64,000 bases of DNA from Pelagomonas calceolata (Eukaryota). A program made the position numbers and the translations under genes. The stretch lies in NCBI GenBank assembly GCA_918797485.1, contig CAKKNE010000005.1, positions 1,550,001 through 1,614,000 of the forward strand. Reading direction: 5' to 3'. Below the pieces are notes generated by a model, which worked only from the letters and a program-made list of their open reading frames with translations, was not told where the DNA came from and made no database searches. This document shows, in pieces, positions 1 to 9,279 of this stretch; position 1 is the stretch's first letter; each line of letters opens with the position of its first letter.

Positions 1-294
1 TACGCGCGCGCGTGCGGCGCGTGGGAGAGCGACCAGGGGCTGCTGAACCTCGCACGGTACCGCATGCTCGCGGAGGCCGGCTTCGACGGCGACCGCGTCA
101 AGGCGGTCGCGGACCGCGTCCACAGCGTGGCCATGGGCCACTACGACTGGCCGCACGTCGACGCGCGCGGCGCGCTCGCGGCCGCGGGCGGCGAAGCGCT
201 CCACGTCGTCCACCAGTACCACACGCGGCGCGCGCGCGGCGCGCTCCAGGAGTACTACCGCCGCGTGCGGCCCTGGCTCGAGGAGGTCTCGTAA
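1..294 (+). CDS. 3' end of a gene, glycosyltransferase-like (partial, runs off the window start)
   Basis: Frame 1 is open from base 1 to TAA at 292-294 with GC3-rich codons. It contains ESDQGLLN and VVHQY, motifs typical of nucleotide-diphospho-sugar transferase-like proteins. Confidence 0.55.
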   Translation, partial: YARACGAWESDQGLLNLARYRMLAEAGFDGDRVKAVADRVHSVAMGHYDWPHVDARGALAAAGGEALHVVHQYHTRRARGALQEYYRRVRPWLEEVS

Positions 295-320
295 CGACGC
301 GTCACGCGTGCTTCCTTAGG

Positions 321-1487
321 CTAGGCCCCGGGCGCGGTCGGCCCGGCCGCGCCGGCGAGCCGCGCCAGGACGTCCTCGACGGCGTCGCCGCGCGCGAGCG
401 CCGCCGCGACGGCGCGCGCGCGGCGCGGCGCGTCGCCGCCGACCGCCGCGGCGTCCGTCGCCGCGCGGAGCGACGCGAGGGCGAAGCGCCGCGCGCCGTG
501 GTCGGGGTACGCCGCCGGGAACGCCAGGACCGCGCTCCAGTCGCCGACGTCCGCCGCGACGCTGGTGACGGCCGCGTCCGCGGGCGCGACGCCCGCCACG
601 AGCCCCCGGAGGCGCCGCACCTCGGCCGCGCGCGCGTCGAAGCGGCGCACGCGCGCGCGCGCCTCGCGCACGACGAGGCGCACGTCCTCGGGCGGCGGCT
701 CGCGCCGCGCGACGGCGACGACGTCCGCGACGTCGACGTGGGCGTGCGCGAGGTGCGCCGCGCGCAGGCGCAGGCGGCCGCGCGCGTCGGCCGCGTCGGG
801 CGCGAGCTCCAGGGCGAGCGCCGCGCCGCCCGCCAGCTCGACGCGCGCCTCGACGGCGCCGCCCGGCCGCGCGGCCACGCCGACGACGCGCGCGCCCGCC
901 GCGGCCGCGGCCGCCGGCGCCGGCGCCGCCGCCCGCTCGGGCACGACCTGCGTGGACGTCGACGTTCGGGCCGCGTCCGTGGACGGGCCGCGCCACGTGC
1001 CTCGGGACGACCCCACGCGCGGCTTGGTTTCCGCGCGGGGCGCGACGAGCGCCTCGCAGGCGCCGAGCTTCGCGCCGAGCTCCGCCGCGCGGCGGTCGAG
1101 CGCGGCCCGCGCGCGGCGGAGCCGCGCCTCGCCCGCCTCGAGGCGCGCGGTGCCGCGCTCGAGCGCGTCGCGCGCGCGGCCGCGGCCCGCGCGGCGCGCG
1201 CCCGCGCGCACCGCGGCCGCGGCCTGCGCGTCGCCCCCGTCCTCCTCCGGCGCGCCGCCGCCCAGCCGCCGCAGCGCCTCGCCGCGCACCGCCTCCTGGA
1301 AGAGGCGCTCGGCCGCCGCCGCGAGCTCCGCGCGCGCGGCCGCGTAGTCGGTCGCGGCCGCGGCCGCCCGCGGCCGCTGGGCCCGCGCGGGCGACCGCCC
1401 GGCCGCCGCCGGCGCGCCGGCCTCGGACCCGCGGCGCCAGGCCCGGTACGCGCCGCTCGCCGCGGCGAGCTGGACCAGGGCCATCAA
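321..1487 (-). CDS. Hypothetical protein with coiled-coil N-half and possible RWD-like C-terminal region
   Basis: 388-aa ATG ORF with genome-typical GC3 codons. It has a helical E/R/A-rich segment, then beta-rich segments ending WSAVLAFPAAYPD. Confidence 0.55.
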   Translation of the reverse strand: MMALVQLAAASGAYRAWRRGSEAGAPAAAGRSPARAQRPRAAAAATDYAAARAELAAAAERLFQEAVRGEALRRLGGGAPEEDGGDAQAAAAVRAGARRAGRGRARDALERGTARLEAGEARLRRARAALDRRAAELGAKLGACEALVAPRAETKPRVGSSRGTWRGPSTDAARTSTSTQVVPERAAAPAPAAAAAAGARVVGVAARPGGAVEARVELAGGAALALELAPDAADARGRLRLRAAHLAHAHVDVADVVAVARREPPPEDVRLVVREARARVRRFDARAAEVRRLRGLVAGVAPADAAVTSVAADVGDWSAVLAFPAAYPDHGARRFALASLRAATDAAAVGGDAPRRARAVAAALARGDAVEDVLARLAGAAGPTAPGA

Positions 1488-1553
1488 AGCTGCTGGGCGT
1501 GGGCTTTTTTTGACAAAAAAGCGGTTTTGGCTTGCTAGTGTCTTACCGTCGAG

Positions 1554-2100
1554 ATGATTGACTGGGTTTGGCTGCCATCCTCTAAGTTAGAACCCGACCC
1601 CGTGAGACGGGCAAAAGCACTACAATTCTACAACGGCCCAGTATCGACGAGCGACGCGGTCTATCTAGGCCACCAGTTCGGAGGCGGCCAGTATGGGCAC
1701 GTGAGGCGACAGACAGCAATCGCGGCGAGAGCCGTCAGGGCCATCGAGCAGAACGTAGCCGTGCGAAAGTATCTGACCTTCGAACAGACGATGTACGTCT
1801 GGACCAGCCACGCCCGCCCCAAGGCCGAGCTGTGGGCGTCGGTTGCGCCGAGATTGAAGGCGGAAAGGACCCCTGCCGGTCCACTTTTGCTTTGGAAGCG
1901 TGGGAGAAACCGATCCCTGCACCGAGGCGATGGATACGAGGGAAAAGTGGCACGAGCGCGTGCTCGACATATTCAACGATTGCACGCCGGCCGCGCGCTT
2001 GGGTCCAGGAACTGCTGTGTGGTGTCGGCAAAGTAGCTTGGACCGGGCGGACGGATAGCCCATCGAACAGGCCAAGGCACGTCGCTTGCGACCGGCCGGC
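1554..2100 (+). mobile_element. Probable degenerate non-LTR retrotransposon (LINE) RT C-terminal/thumb fragment
   Basis: Lower GC than the flanking genes. VYLGHQF...AIAARA...LTFEQTMYVWTSHARPKAELWASV resembles the LINE RT pattern YLG...KA...L....ly...vRP.leY...vW. The frame appears to shift downstream. Confidence 0.45.
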
Positions 2101-2343
2101 CTCTGTTCGGAGCGAAACCTCACACCACTCGTGTCTGGGTTCTCGGGGGGCAGGGTGAAACAACACCCTATCGCCAATCCCAATAGACACAGTGGCGAAG
2201 CGTTCGGGGTCCGTACTACCTGGGGGTGGGTTCAATAAGTGGCTCTCTCTCTCTCTACAGGCAGGCATCTCTCTCTCTCGAGGAGACGCAGAGCGGGCCG
2301 AGGGGACACGTGTCCGCCGCGTGAGAGCCCCCCCCCCGCGGGC

Positions 2344-3837
2344 CTAGGGCGCGGCCGGCGACGTCGGCCGCTTCGCGCGGATGCTGAACTTGTCCCGCTT
2401 CACGTCCGTGTGGAAGGGCTCCCAGTGGAGCGCCTCGTCCACGACGAAGGGCGGCTTGACCGGGTGCTTCCTGATCAGCTCGTCGAGCGTCGCCGGCGGG
2501 CACCAGACCACGGGCACGCCGTCGACGTGGCGGGCCACGCCCAGGTACTGCAGGGTGGCGGCGACGTCGTCGGCCATGATCGACGTGCGCTTCGACAGGT
2601 CCATGACCGTCGTCGACACCTGGTCGGGCGGCAGCGCCCTCAGGCAGGCGAGGAGCGCCGCGGCCCAGTACGCGCGGTACGCGATGTGGCCCAGGTCGCT
2701 CAGCGGCTTCTCCGGCGCGCCGACGCGCCCCTCGCGCCGCGAGAGCGCGTAGCTGAAGGCGATCAGGAACCGCCCGTAGCCCTTGCGCTGGAACGGCGGG
2801 AACGCGAGGATGCACGCGAGGTTGTAGCCCACCTCCGAGTACTTCTCCTTCGAGTAGTAGCCGACGGGGTGGTGGCCCCGCCCGTCGTGCTCGCACAGCA
2901 CGTAGAAGAGGAACGGGTCGACGTCGAAGTACAGCGTCTTGTGGTCGAGGAACAGCTTCGCGAAGTAGCACAGGTTCTGGCAGTACTCGCGGTGCTCCCG
3001 CCCGTCGACCTCGAACATGGCCAGGGCCGTGTCCCGGTAGATCTCGTCGCCCGGCGGCGCGCGCCGCCTACACGAAGCCGCCGCGCGCGCCAGCTCGCGC
3101 CGCGTCCGGTAGAAGCGCAGCGTGACCTCGTCCACGTAGAGCACGTCCGCGAAGCCGCCCGGGTAGAACTCCTTGGGGTAGGGCGAGAAGTACCACGTGT
3201 CCATGACGTGGCGCCCGAGCTCGACGGCCCCGAAGTTCTTGATCTTCGTGACCTCCTCGTGCTCGCGCAGCGACGCCTCGTCGAGGCCCTCGTGCTCGTC
3301 GTGCTCCATGTCGGCGACGGACGTGAGGCCGCCGGCCGCCGGCCGCGCGCGCGCGATGCTCAGCGCGCCGGAGCCGCCCGCCGGCGCCGCCGGCGCCGCG
3401 GCGGCGCCGGGGCCCGGGCCCGGGCCCGGGCCCGGGCCCGGGCTCGCGCGGCCGTGGCCGTGGCCGCGGCCGTGGCCCGCGGCCTCGGCCAGCGGCCCGG
3501 CCCGCGAGGGCGGCAGCACGACGCGCGCGGGCCGGACCCACTCGTCCATGCGCCGGTTGAAGTCGGCGTAGTGCACGTAGTAGCGCCACCGCGCCGCGTC
3601 GCGCCGCTGCAGGTCGTCCTTCCGCACGTGGTGCTGGTCGGGCGCGTCCCGGTCGTCCGACTCGACGCGCGCGCGGTCGATCACCGTCGCGAGGCGCTCG
3701 CTGCCGTCCGGCGGCCACGCGACGACGAGCCAGCTGCCCGGCTTGAACGGGTGCGCGTCGACGTCGGCCTCCGCCGGCGCGTCCCGGTCGGCGGGCGGCG
3801 GCGCGTCCTTCTTCTTCGGGCCCTGCTTGCGCGGCAT
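2344..3837 (-). CDS. MYST-family histone acetyltransferase (Esa1/Tip60/MOF-like) with chromo-barrel domain
   Basis: Motifs YYVHYADFNRRMDEWV, HEEVTKIKN, TWYFSPYP, YCQNLCYFAKLFLDHKTLYFDV, GYYSKEK, NLACIL, QRKGYG, PEKPLSDLG. Confidence 0.95.
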   Translation of the reverse strand: MPRKQGPKKKDAPPPADRDAPAEADVDAHPFKPGSWLVVAWPPDGSERLATVIDRARVESDDRDAPDQHHVRKDDLQRRDAARWRYYVHYADFNRRMDEWVRPARVVLPPSRAGPLAEAAGHGRGHGHGRASPGPGPGPGPGPGAAAAPAAPAGGSGALSIARARPAAGGLTSVADMEHDEHEGLDEASLREHEEVTKIKNFGAVELGRHVMDTWYFSPYPKEFYPGGFADVLYVDEVTLRFYRTRRELARAAASCRRRAPPGDEIYRDTALAMFEVDGREHREYCQNLCYFAKLFLDHKTLYFDVDPFLFYVLCEHDGRGHHPVGYYSKEKYSEVGYNLACILAFPPFQRKGYGRFLIAFSYALSRREGRVGAPEKPLSDLGHIAYRAYWAAALLACLRALPPDQVSTTVMDLSKRTSIMADDVAATLQYLGVARHVDGVPVVWCPPATLDELIRKHPVKPPFVVDEALHWEPFHTDVKRDKFSIRAKRPTSPAAP

Positions 3838-3909
3838 ACGGACGGACGGTGAGCGAGTTGCCGCGGCTCTAGAGGTCCCCCTTTGTTGCTTGCTATACCT
3901 AGTTACTGA

Positions 3910-3986
3910 ACTAGTGTCTTACAGGCCGCTAGCGTTAGGCCTCAAGCTTTTGGAAGCCGCACTGCTAGCGGCGGTAAGACACTAGT
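3910..3986. repeat. Short inverted-repeat element (TAGTGTCTTA family), MITE-like
   Basis: ACTAGTGTCTTACAGGCCGCTAGC ... GCTAGCGGCGGTAAGACACTAGT. The same terminus occurs at ~1535, 6229-6348 and ~21888. No TSD seen. Confidence 0.6.
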
Positions 3987-4398
3987 TTTTCCCACCGATA
4001 CAGTAGGTAACAGAAAACATCAAGAAGGGCACTTGTGGCTGCCCACGCTCGGGACGTGAACATCTTGATCTGGACCGCAGTAAGTCGGTCAGTCATCAAA
4101 CAAATGATCGCGTCATGGTCCGTGGCAAGAGAACCGTGGGCGGGCGGTTGTTGTCTGCCGGCGACACGTCGGCGAGGCCCGTCCCAGCGCAATCGCGCGG
4201 TAAAACGTCCCCCGTCGAGAGGCGACAATGGCCTTCAACACTCAAACCGCGTGCGACAGGCCAGTCCTCTTGACATATCTTTACTAATTAGTTGGTATAA
4301 AAAGGGGGTGGGGTTTTTGTGTATTTTACTTATCCATCTGCCATGACTTGGATAGGACATAAAGCGTTCCGTCTTGGAGGTACAACAGCGCGGCGCGC

Positions 4399-6133
4399 CT
4401 AGGGTGGGGCGGCGCCGGCGGGCGGTGCTGCGGCGTCCTCGGCCTGCTCCCGCCGGTAGGCGGCCCGGATCTTCTCTAGCTCGAGGTCCGCGGCCAGCTT
4501 CTTGATGTCCCGGCGCATCTCCGCGATGTCGCGGCCGGTGAACCACGCCTCGAAGTCGTGGTCGCGGAAGCACAGGGAGACGTCCCGCCCGTCGACGGCG
4601 AGCCGGGCGCCTCGACACACGGCGCGCGCGAGGAACTCCTGGCCGTAGCGCAGCGTGTAGACGCCGCAGTCGCACGAATTCGTCTGCTGCGGGACCTTGG
4701 GCATCGCCAGCAGCAGGTCCGCCGGCGGGCCGCCCGCCCTCGCCGTCCGCTCCCGGAGCGTGAACGGCTCCTCGTCCGAGTGCCGCTTGCGCCACTCCAT
4801 CTCGAGGAAACAGCGCAGCCACTTCTCGATCTTCTTCGCGCTGTGCATCCGCAGCGAGTCCATATGGATAACGCAGGGCCGCGCCGGGCAATCCTCGTCC
4901 TCGTCCTCGTCCTCGGTGGCGCCGACGTCCAACTCGCGGCGCTCGCGCGCGACGGCGCGCTTCGCGAGCTCGCCCGGGTGGCAGACGATGGCCAAGCTCC
5001 AGTGCAGGTCCTCGACGACGGGCACGAGGAGGAACTTCTTCGCGAAGACGTCGACGCCGCGCGTCCAGCGCTCCACGCGCGCGTGCGCGCGCTGCGCCTT
5101 CTCGCTGTCGGGCTTGAGCTTGCCGCGCGAGTCGCCCTCGCGGAGCTTCGTGAAGAAGTGCGACCTGCGCGGGCGTCGACGAGTGAGATCGTTGACAGCC
5201 CCCACGTCGTCGGGGCAGACGCCCCGACGGCGCCGTCGACGTTGCGGACGCGGTCGTGGACGAGAACGCGTGGACGTCGCGGGCGACGTCGCCGAAGGCC
5301 GGGTCTTCGCCGAGCGGCGAGCGGCGGGCGTCGGCGACGATGACCTTGAGGTAGAAGTCGACGAGGTTGTCGTTGAGGAACTCGTCCGGCTCGAGCCGCC
5401 GGAGGTCGCCCCGCGTGACGACGATGCTGTCGCTGGCCGCCACGCCGGGCGGGTACTGGAAGACCGGCGTCGGGTCCGTCTCCGCGGGCCCCGCGCGCGT
5501 CGCGCGCGTCCGCCGCGGCCGCTCCTTGGTGGCCGGCGCCGGCGCCGCGCCGGCGGCCTCGTCGTCCGACGAGTCCTCGATGCACAGCGGCTGGTCCGCC
5601 GTCGCGCCGGCGTCCGGCCGCCCGCGGCGCGGTCGCCGCGGCCGCGCGGCCGCCGGCGCGGCCGCCGGGGTGGGGAGCTGGCGGCGCGGCCGCGCGGGCG
5701 CCGGCGCCGGCGCCGCGCGGCGCCGCGACGGCGCCACCGGCCGCGGTCCCTCCAGCAAATCCCCCACGGACGGCCCGTCGCGCCGGCGCAGCGGCGGCGC
5801 CCCGGCGACGGGGGGCGCGGCCGGGCGCCGGTGGGCCGCCATGCCCGGGAATGCGCCCACGGCGTTCCGGTAGGCGTCGCGCGACGCGGTGGCCGGCAGG
5901 TTGAGGCCGAAGTCGCGCCGCTCGCCGGCCGCCGGACGGCCGACCTTCGTCTTCCCGAGCCGCGGGCGCGGCGGCGGCGCCCCGGGCGCCGCGTCACCGT
6001 CGGCGAACGCGCCCGCGCGCTCCGGGCGCCTGGCGCGCTTGGCGGCCGGCGCGCCCAAGCCCGAGGGACCCGTCTGCCTCTTGCCCCTTTGGCCGCTATT
6101 CAAGCCGGGCCCCTCCAGACCGAAGCTCGCCAT
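4399..6133 (-). CDS. Ulp1/SENP-family SUMO protease (peptidase C48); 2 exons, intron 5165-5261
   Basis: DLRRLEPDEFLNDNLVDFYLK. Removing a 97-nt GT..CAG intron joins VHAFS to SHFFTKL. Catalytic motifs LHWSLA (His), HMDSL (Asp) and QQTNSCDCG (Gln/Cys) are present. Confidence 0.92.
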
Positions 6134-6228
6134 CTGTTCGGTTTCTTGCGCAGCGCGTGTGACGAGGTGCGGCGAAACAGATTCAATATATATATATATA
6201 ATATATAGCCCTCCGCGGCCGATTCTTC

Positions 6229-6381
6229 CTAGTGTCTTACAGGCCGCTAGCCCAGGGAACAGTCTGAGGAGGTGTCGCCCCGGGGTGCGGCTTCCAGGGC
6301 TTCCCGCGCGTTTAGGCTTCGCGTGGCTAGCGGCCTATAAGACACTAGCAAGCAGGGAAGCTCTGGAAGCCGCGCCCGGGG
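6229..6381. repeat. TAGTGTCTTA-family inverted-repeat element with an overlapping second inverted repeat
   Basis: CTAGTGTCTTACAGGCCGCTAGC (6229) pairs with GCTAGCGGCCTATAAGACACTAG (to 6348). CCCCGGGGTGCGGCTTCCAGGGCTTCCC (~6278) pairs with GGGAAGCTCTGGAAGCCGCGCCCGGGG (to 6381). Confidence 0.6.
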
Positions 6382-7366
6382 AGGTATGAATATTCAATCC
6401 GATCAGGGTTTTTGCGGCGTTTCGGTTAACGCGGACTCCTTCGACCAGCACGCAATCATACCTGCATCTGTGGCCCCCGCGACAGCATGCTAGCGCTCGA
6501 ACCTCATGTGTCGCCGGCCACGTCGATGGGGTCCTGCGCGGATACCATCGAACTCAAAGTCGAAGATATGTGCACGGGCAACTGCTTCGAGTACTCGTGC
6601 TGCGAGACGATGCCCTTAACCGAGGTCTGGGAGTGTAAACCAATTTACTAGGGCTGCCCGTGGGCAGCGAGCACGCGAGAAAGGACATTGCCCTGACCAT
6701 CCATTTGACCGAGGGGGTCTACCCAATAATACAGCCTATGCACATGTCGACGCTAAGGCCACGAGCACAATCTCGTGCAATCAATTATTGACAAAATGGA
6801 ATCTGGCGGGCGGTTGATTAGTCCTCGTCCTCCGACCACCGAGTGTAGGGAGAGCGCTCGAGCGCTCGGTCAGCGCAGCGCGCGCGATTCGCGCAGCGCT
6901 TAGGTCGCTGCTAGCTCTTGCGGCGAGCACTTCCCACCCGTGCGCGCGTGGCTATGGCGTCGAGCTACCGTTTCCGGCGAATTTATTGCTGCTGCCCTTC
7001 TCGTTCTTAGAGGTCGGGGTGCTGTGGTGCGTGCACGCGGACCTCTAAGGACCCTTCTTTTGTTCATTCACGATTTTTTTCGGCGACGGCGTGGAGAGGG
7101 GTCTCGCACGCCGTCGCCACGAGGGTAAATCACATCACTAGTCTTAGTCGGGCGTCGGGAGCCCCGCCGCGGCGAGCTATCTCGCACAGCTTCCAATTTC
7201 GCCGTCTCTCTCTCGTCTGAACCCCGTACCCCCTGTCCGAGTCCGGTAAGGGTAGGCCCGCCGCGGTCCTAGTGGCCAGGGCCCTAGTGGCCGACTTTCC
7301 CGCGGTCCTAGACTCCTAGGTAGTGGGCCTAGTAGTGGCCAGGGTGAGGGTAAGAGACGGAGGAAG

Positions 7367-8103
7367 TTACCTAGCGGCGCAGAGCCTCGGAGCCGTCGCG
7401 GCGCGGTCCCGGCGCTTGAACCGCTCGTCGATGCGGCTCTTGAAGCAGGCCCGCGTGCAGCCGCCCCCGAAGCACGCGCCGCCGTCGGCGGCGTCGGCCG
7501 CCGGGCCGTAGACGCACGGCCGCCGCTTCGCGTAGCTGTGGTAGGCGGCGAAGTCGTAGCCCGCGGCCCGATCGATCTCCACGGCCTCCGTGGCGTGACC
7601 CAACGTCCGCAGCGCGGCGGCGGGCCAGCCGTCGGCGCCGCACGCGGCGACGGCGCGCGGCCCGGGCCCGTTGGCCCAGTAGAGCTGGCGCACGCGCACG
7701 CTGGCCGGGAAGCGCCGCCGCGCGAAGTGGAAGTAGAGCTGGTACTCCGAGAACGCGTTGCGGCGCGCGTTCGCCGCGACGCCCGCCGCGCCGCGGAAGA
7801 GCGCGGCGTGGAGCGGCGCGCCGTGGCGCGCCGCCACGGCGGCCTCGAGCGCCGCCACGACGTCGCCCCGCAGGACCATGTGGTGCGCCACGCCCGAGAT
7901 GTCGCGCCCCGCCGAGTCCGCCAGCGGCGCGCCGGCGGCGCCGAGGAGCCGCGCGTTCGTGTCGTAGTAGAGCTGGTGCGCCTCGCGGCTGAAGGCGTAG
8001 TTGTACGTCGCGCGGCACGCCCCGCCCGCGTCGGGGGCGGCCGCGTGGACGAACGCCACGTCGCGCGTCCAGACGACGTCCGAGTCGGCGACGAGCACGT
8101 CGG

Positions 8104-8141
<38 letters not shown>

Positions 8142-8617
8142 GGTCCCGCGCCCGTCGTGTTCCGCGCGGCGCGGGCGATCGCCCGCCCGCAGTAGAGCTT
8201 CAGGAGCTGCTGCAGGTACCAGCCCACGGCGTACTGGTAGCCGCCCCCGTCGGGGGCGCGCCCGCGGGCCGCGCCGAGCGCGGCGCGCACGCCGGCGTAG
8301 TCAAACGGGAAGTGCGCGGCCTCGTCGAGCCAGCGCGCGACCGGCCGGACGCGGTTCGCCGCCGCGACCGCCGCGTCGACGCCCGCCGCGCGCCGCGACA
8401 CGACCCAGACCTCGGCCACGTCGGCGCCGTGGCGCGCGAGCGACGCGAGGCTCAGCGCCAGCACGCGCGCGTCCTTCGCCGGCGCCGTCGGCACGCACGC
8501 GCGGAGCCGCGGCACGCAGGCGCAGCCGCCGAGGCACGTCGTGTTGGTCGGCGTGCGCACGTCCCAGGCGCGCGCGGCACTCGCGAGCAGCGCGGCCGCC
8601 CGCAGGGCGCGCGGCAT
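7367..8617 (-). CDS. Secreted DUF6492-like / glycosyltransferase-like protein
   Basis: Signal-peptide-like start MPRALRAAALLASAARA. Motifs GWYLQQLLKL, VADSDVVW, HHMV and FSEYQLY. Confidence 0.7.
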
Positions 8618-9279
8618 GGACCCAGCAACAGAAGCAGGTTTCACTACGCTGCTGCGCCGCGCAACTGGAGTCGTCTGCCGGCGTTTACCCCTGCTCTTAG
8701 CAAACAGGTATAGTACATGTTGACCCCCCCCCCCGGGGCCCGGGCCGAGACACTGTGAAAGCACTAGCAAGAGCACGCCGTAACATTGTATGCAGCCAGG
8801 GTCTAGCTAAGAGAAGCAGGCAACCACGTCCCATACTATTGTTGAATCGACCAATCCAATATCACCTCTTACTAGCCAACGATGCGCTATGCTCCTGCGA
8901 TGCATAGGGAAATAGAGTGTGTAGCTCCGGACTTCCCCGGCAGCGTAGTGTAGTCGTCTAACGAAATAGTTTCTCCCATGTTTGATGGGGTTTGTGACGG
9001 GGAATTGCGTCCGTCATACGCATTTTGGTAATTTCGGGGAATGGGAAACTAGGGGGAACGCGATGGATTTTCAGTCTCCCAGCCCCGGGGGTGCTCTGTT
9101 TTGATGCGACTCAGGTCGAATGACCTGGGGAGTGTCAAAACCGACACCCCCTACTCTCTCGTGCGGGTGCAGACTGGCACTGATCTGCCTGGGCCCATGC
9201 AATGTACACGTCCTTAAAATTCACTGCGTGCTGCTCCGCGTTTTTTTGGTGTAACCAATTGGCGTCAGGCCCTTAAGTC

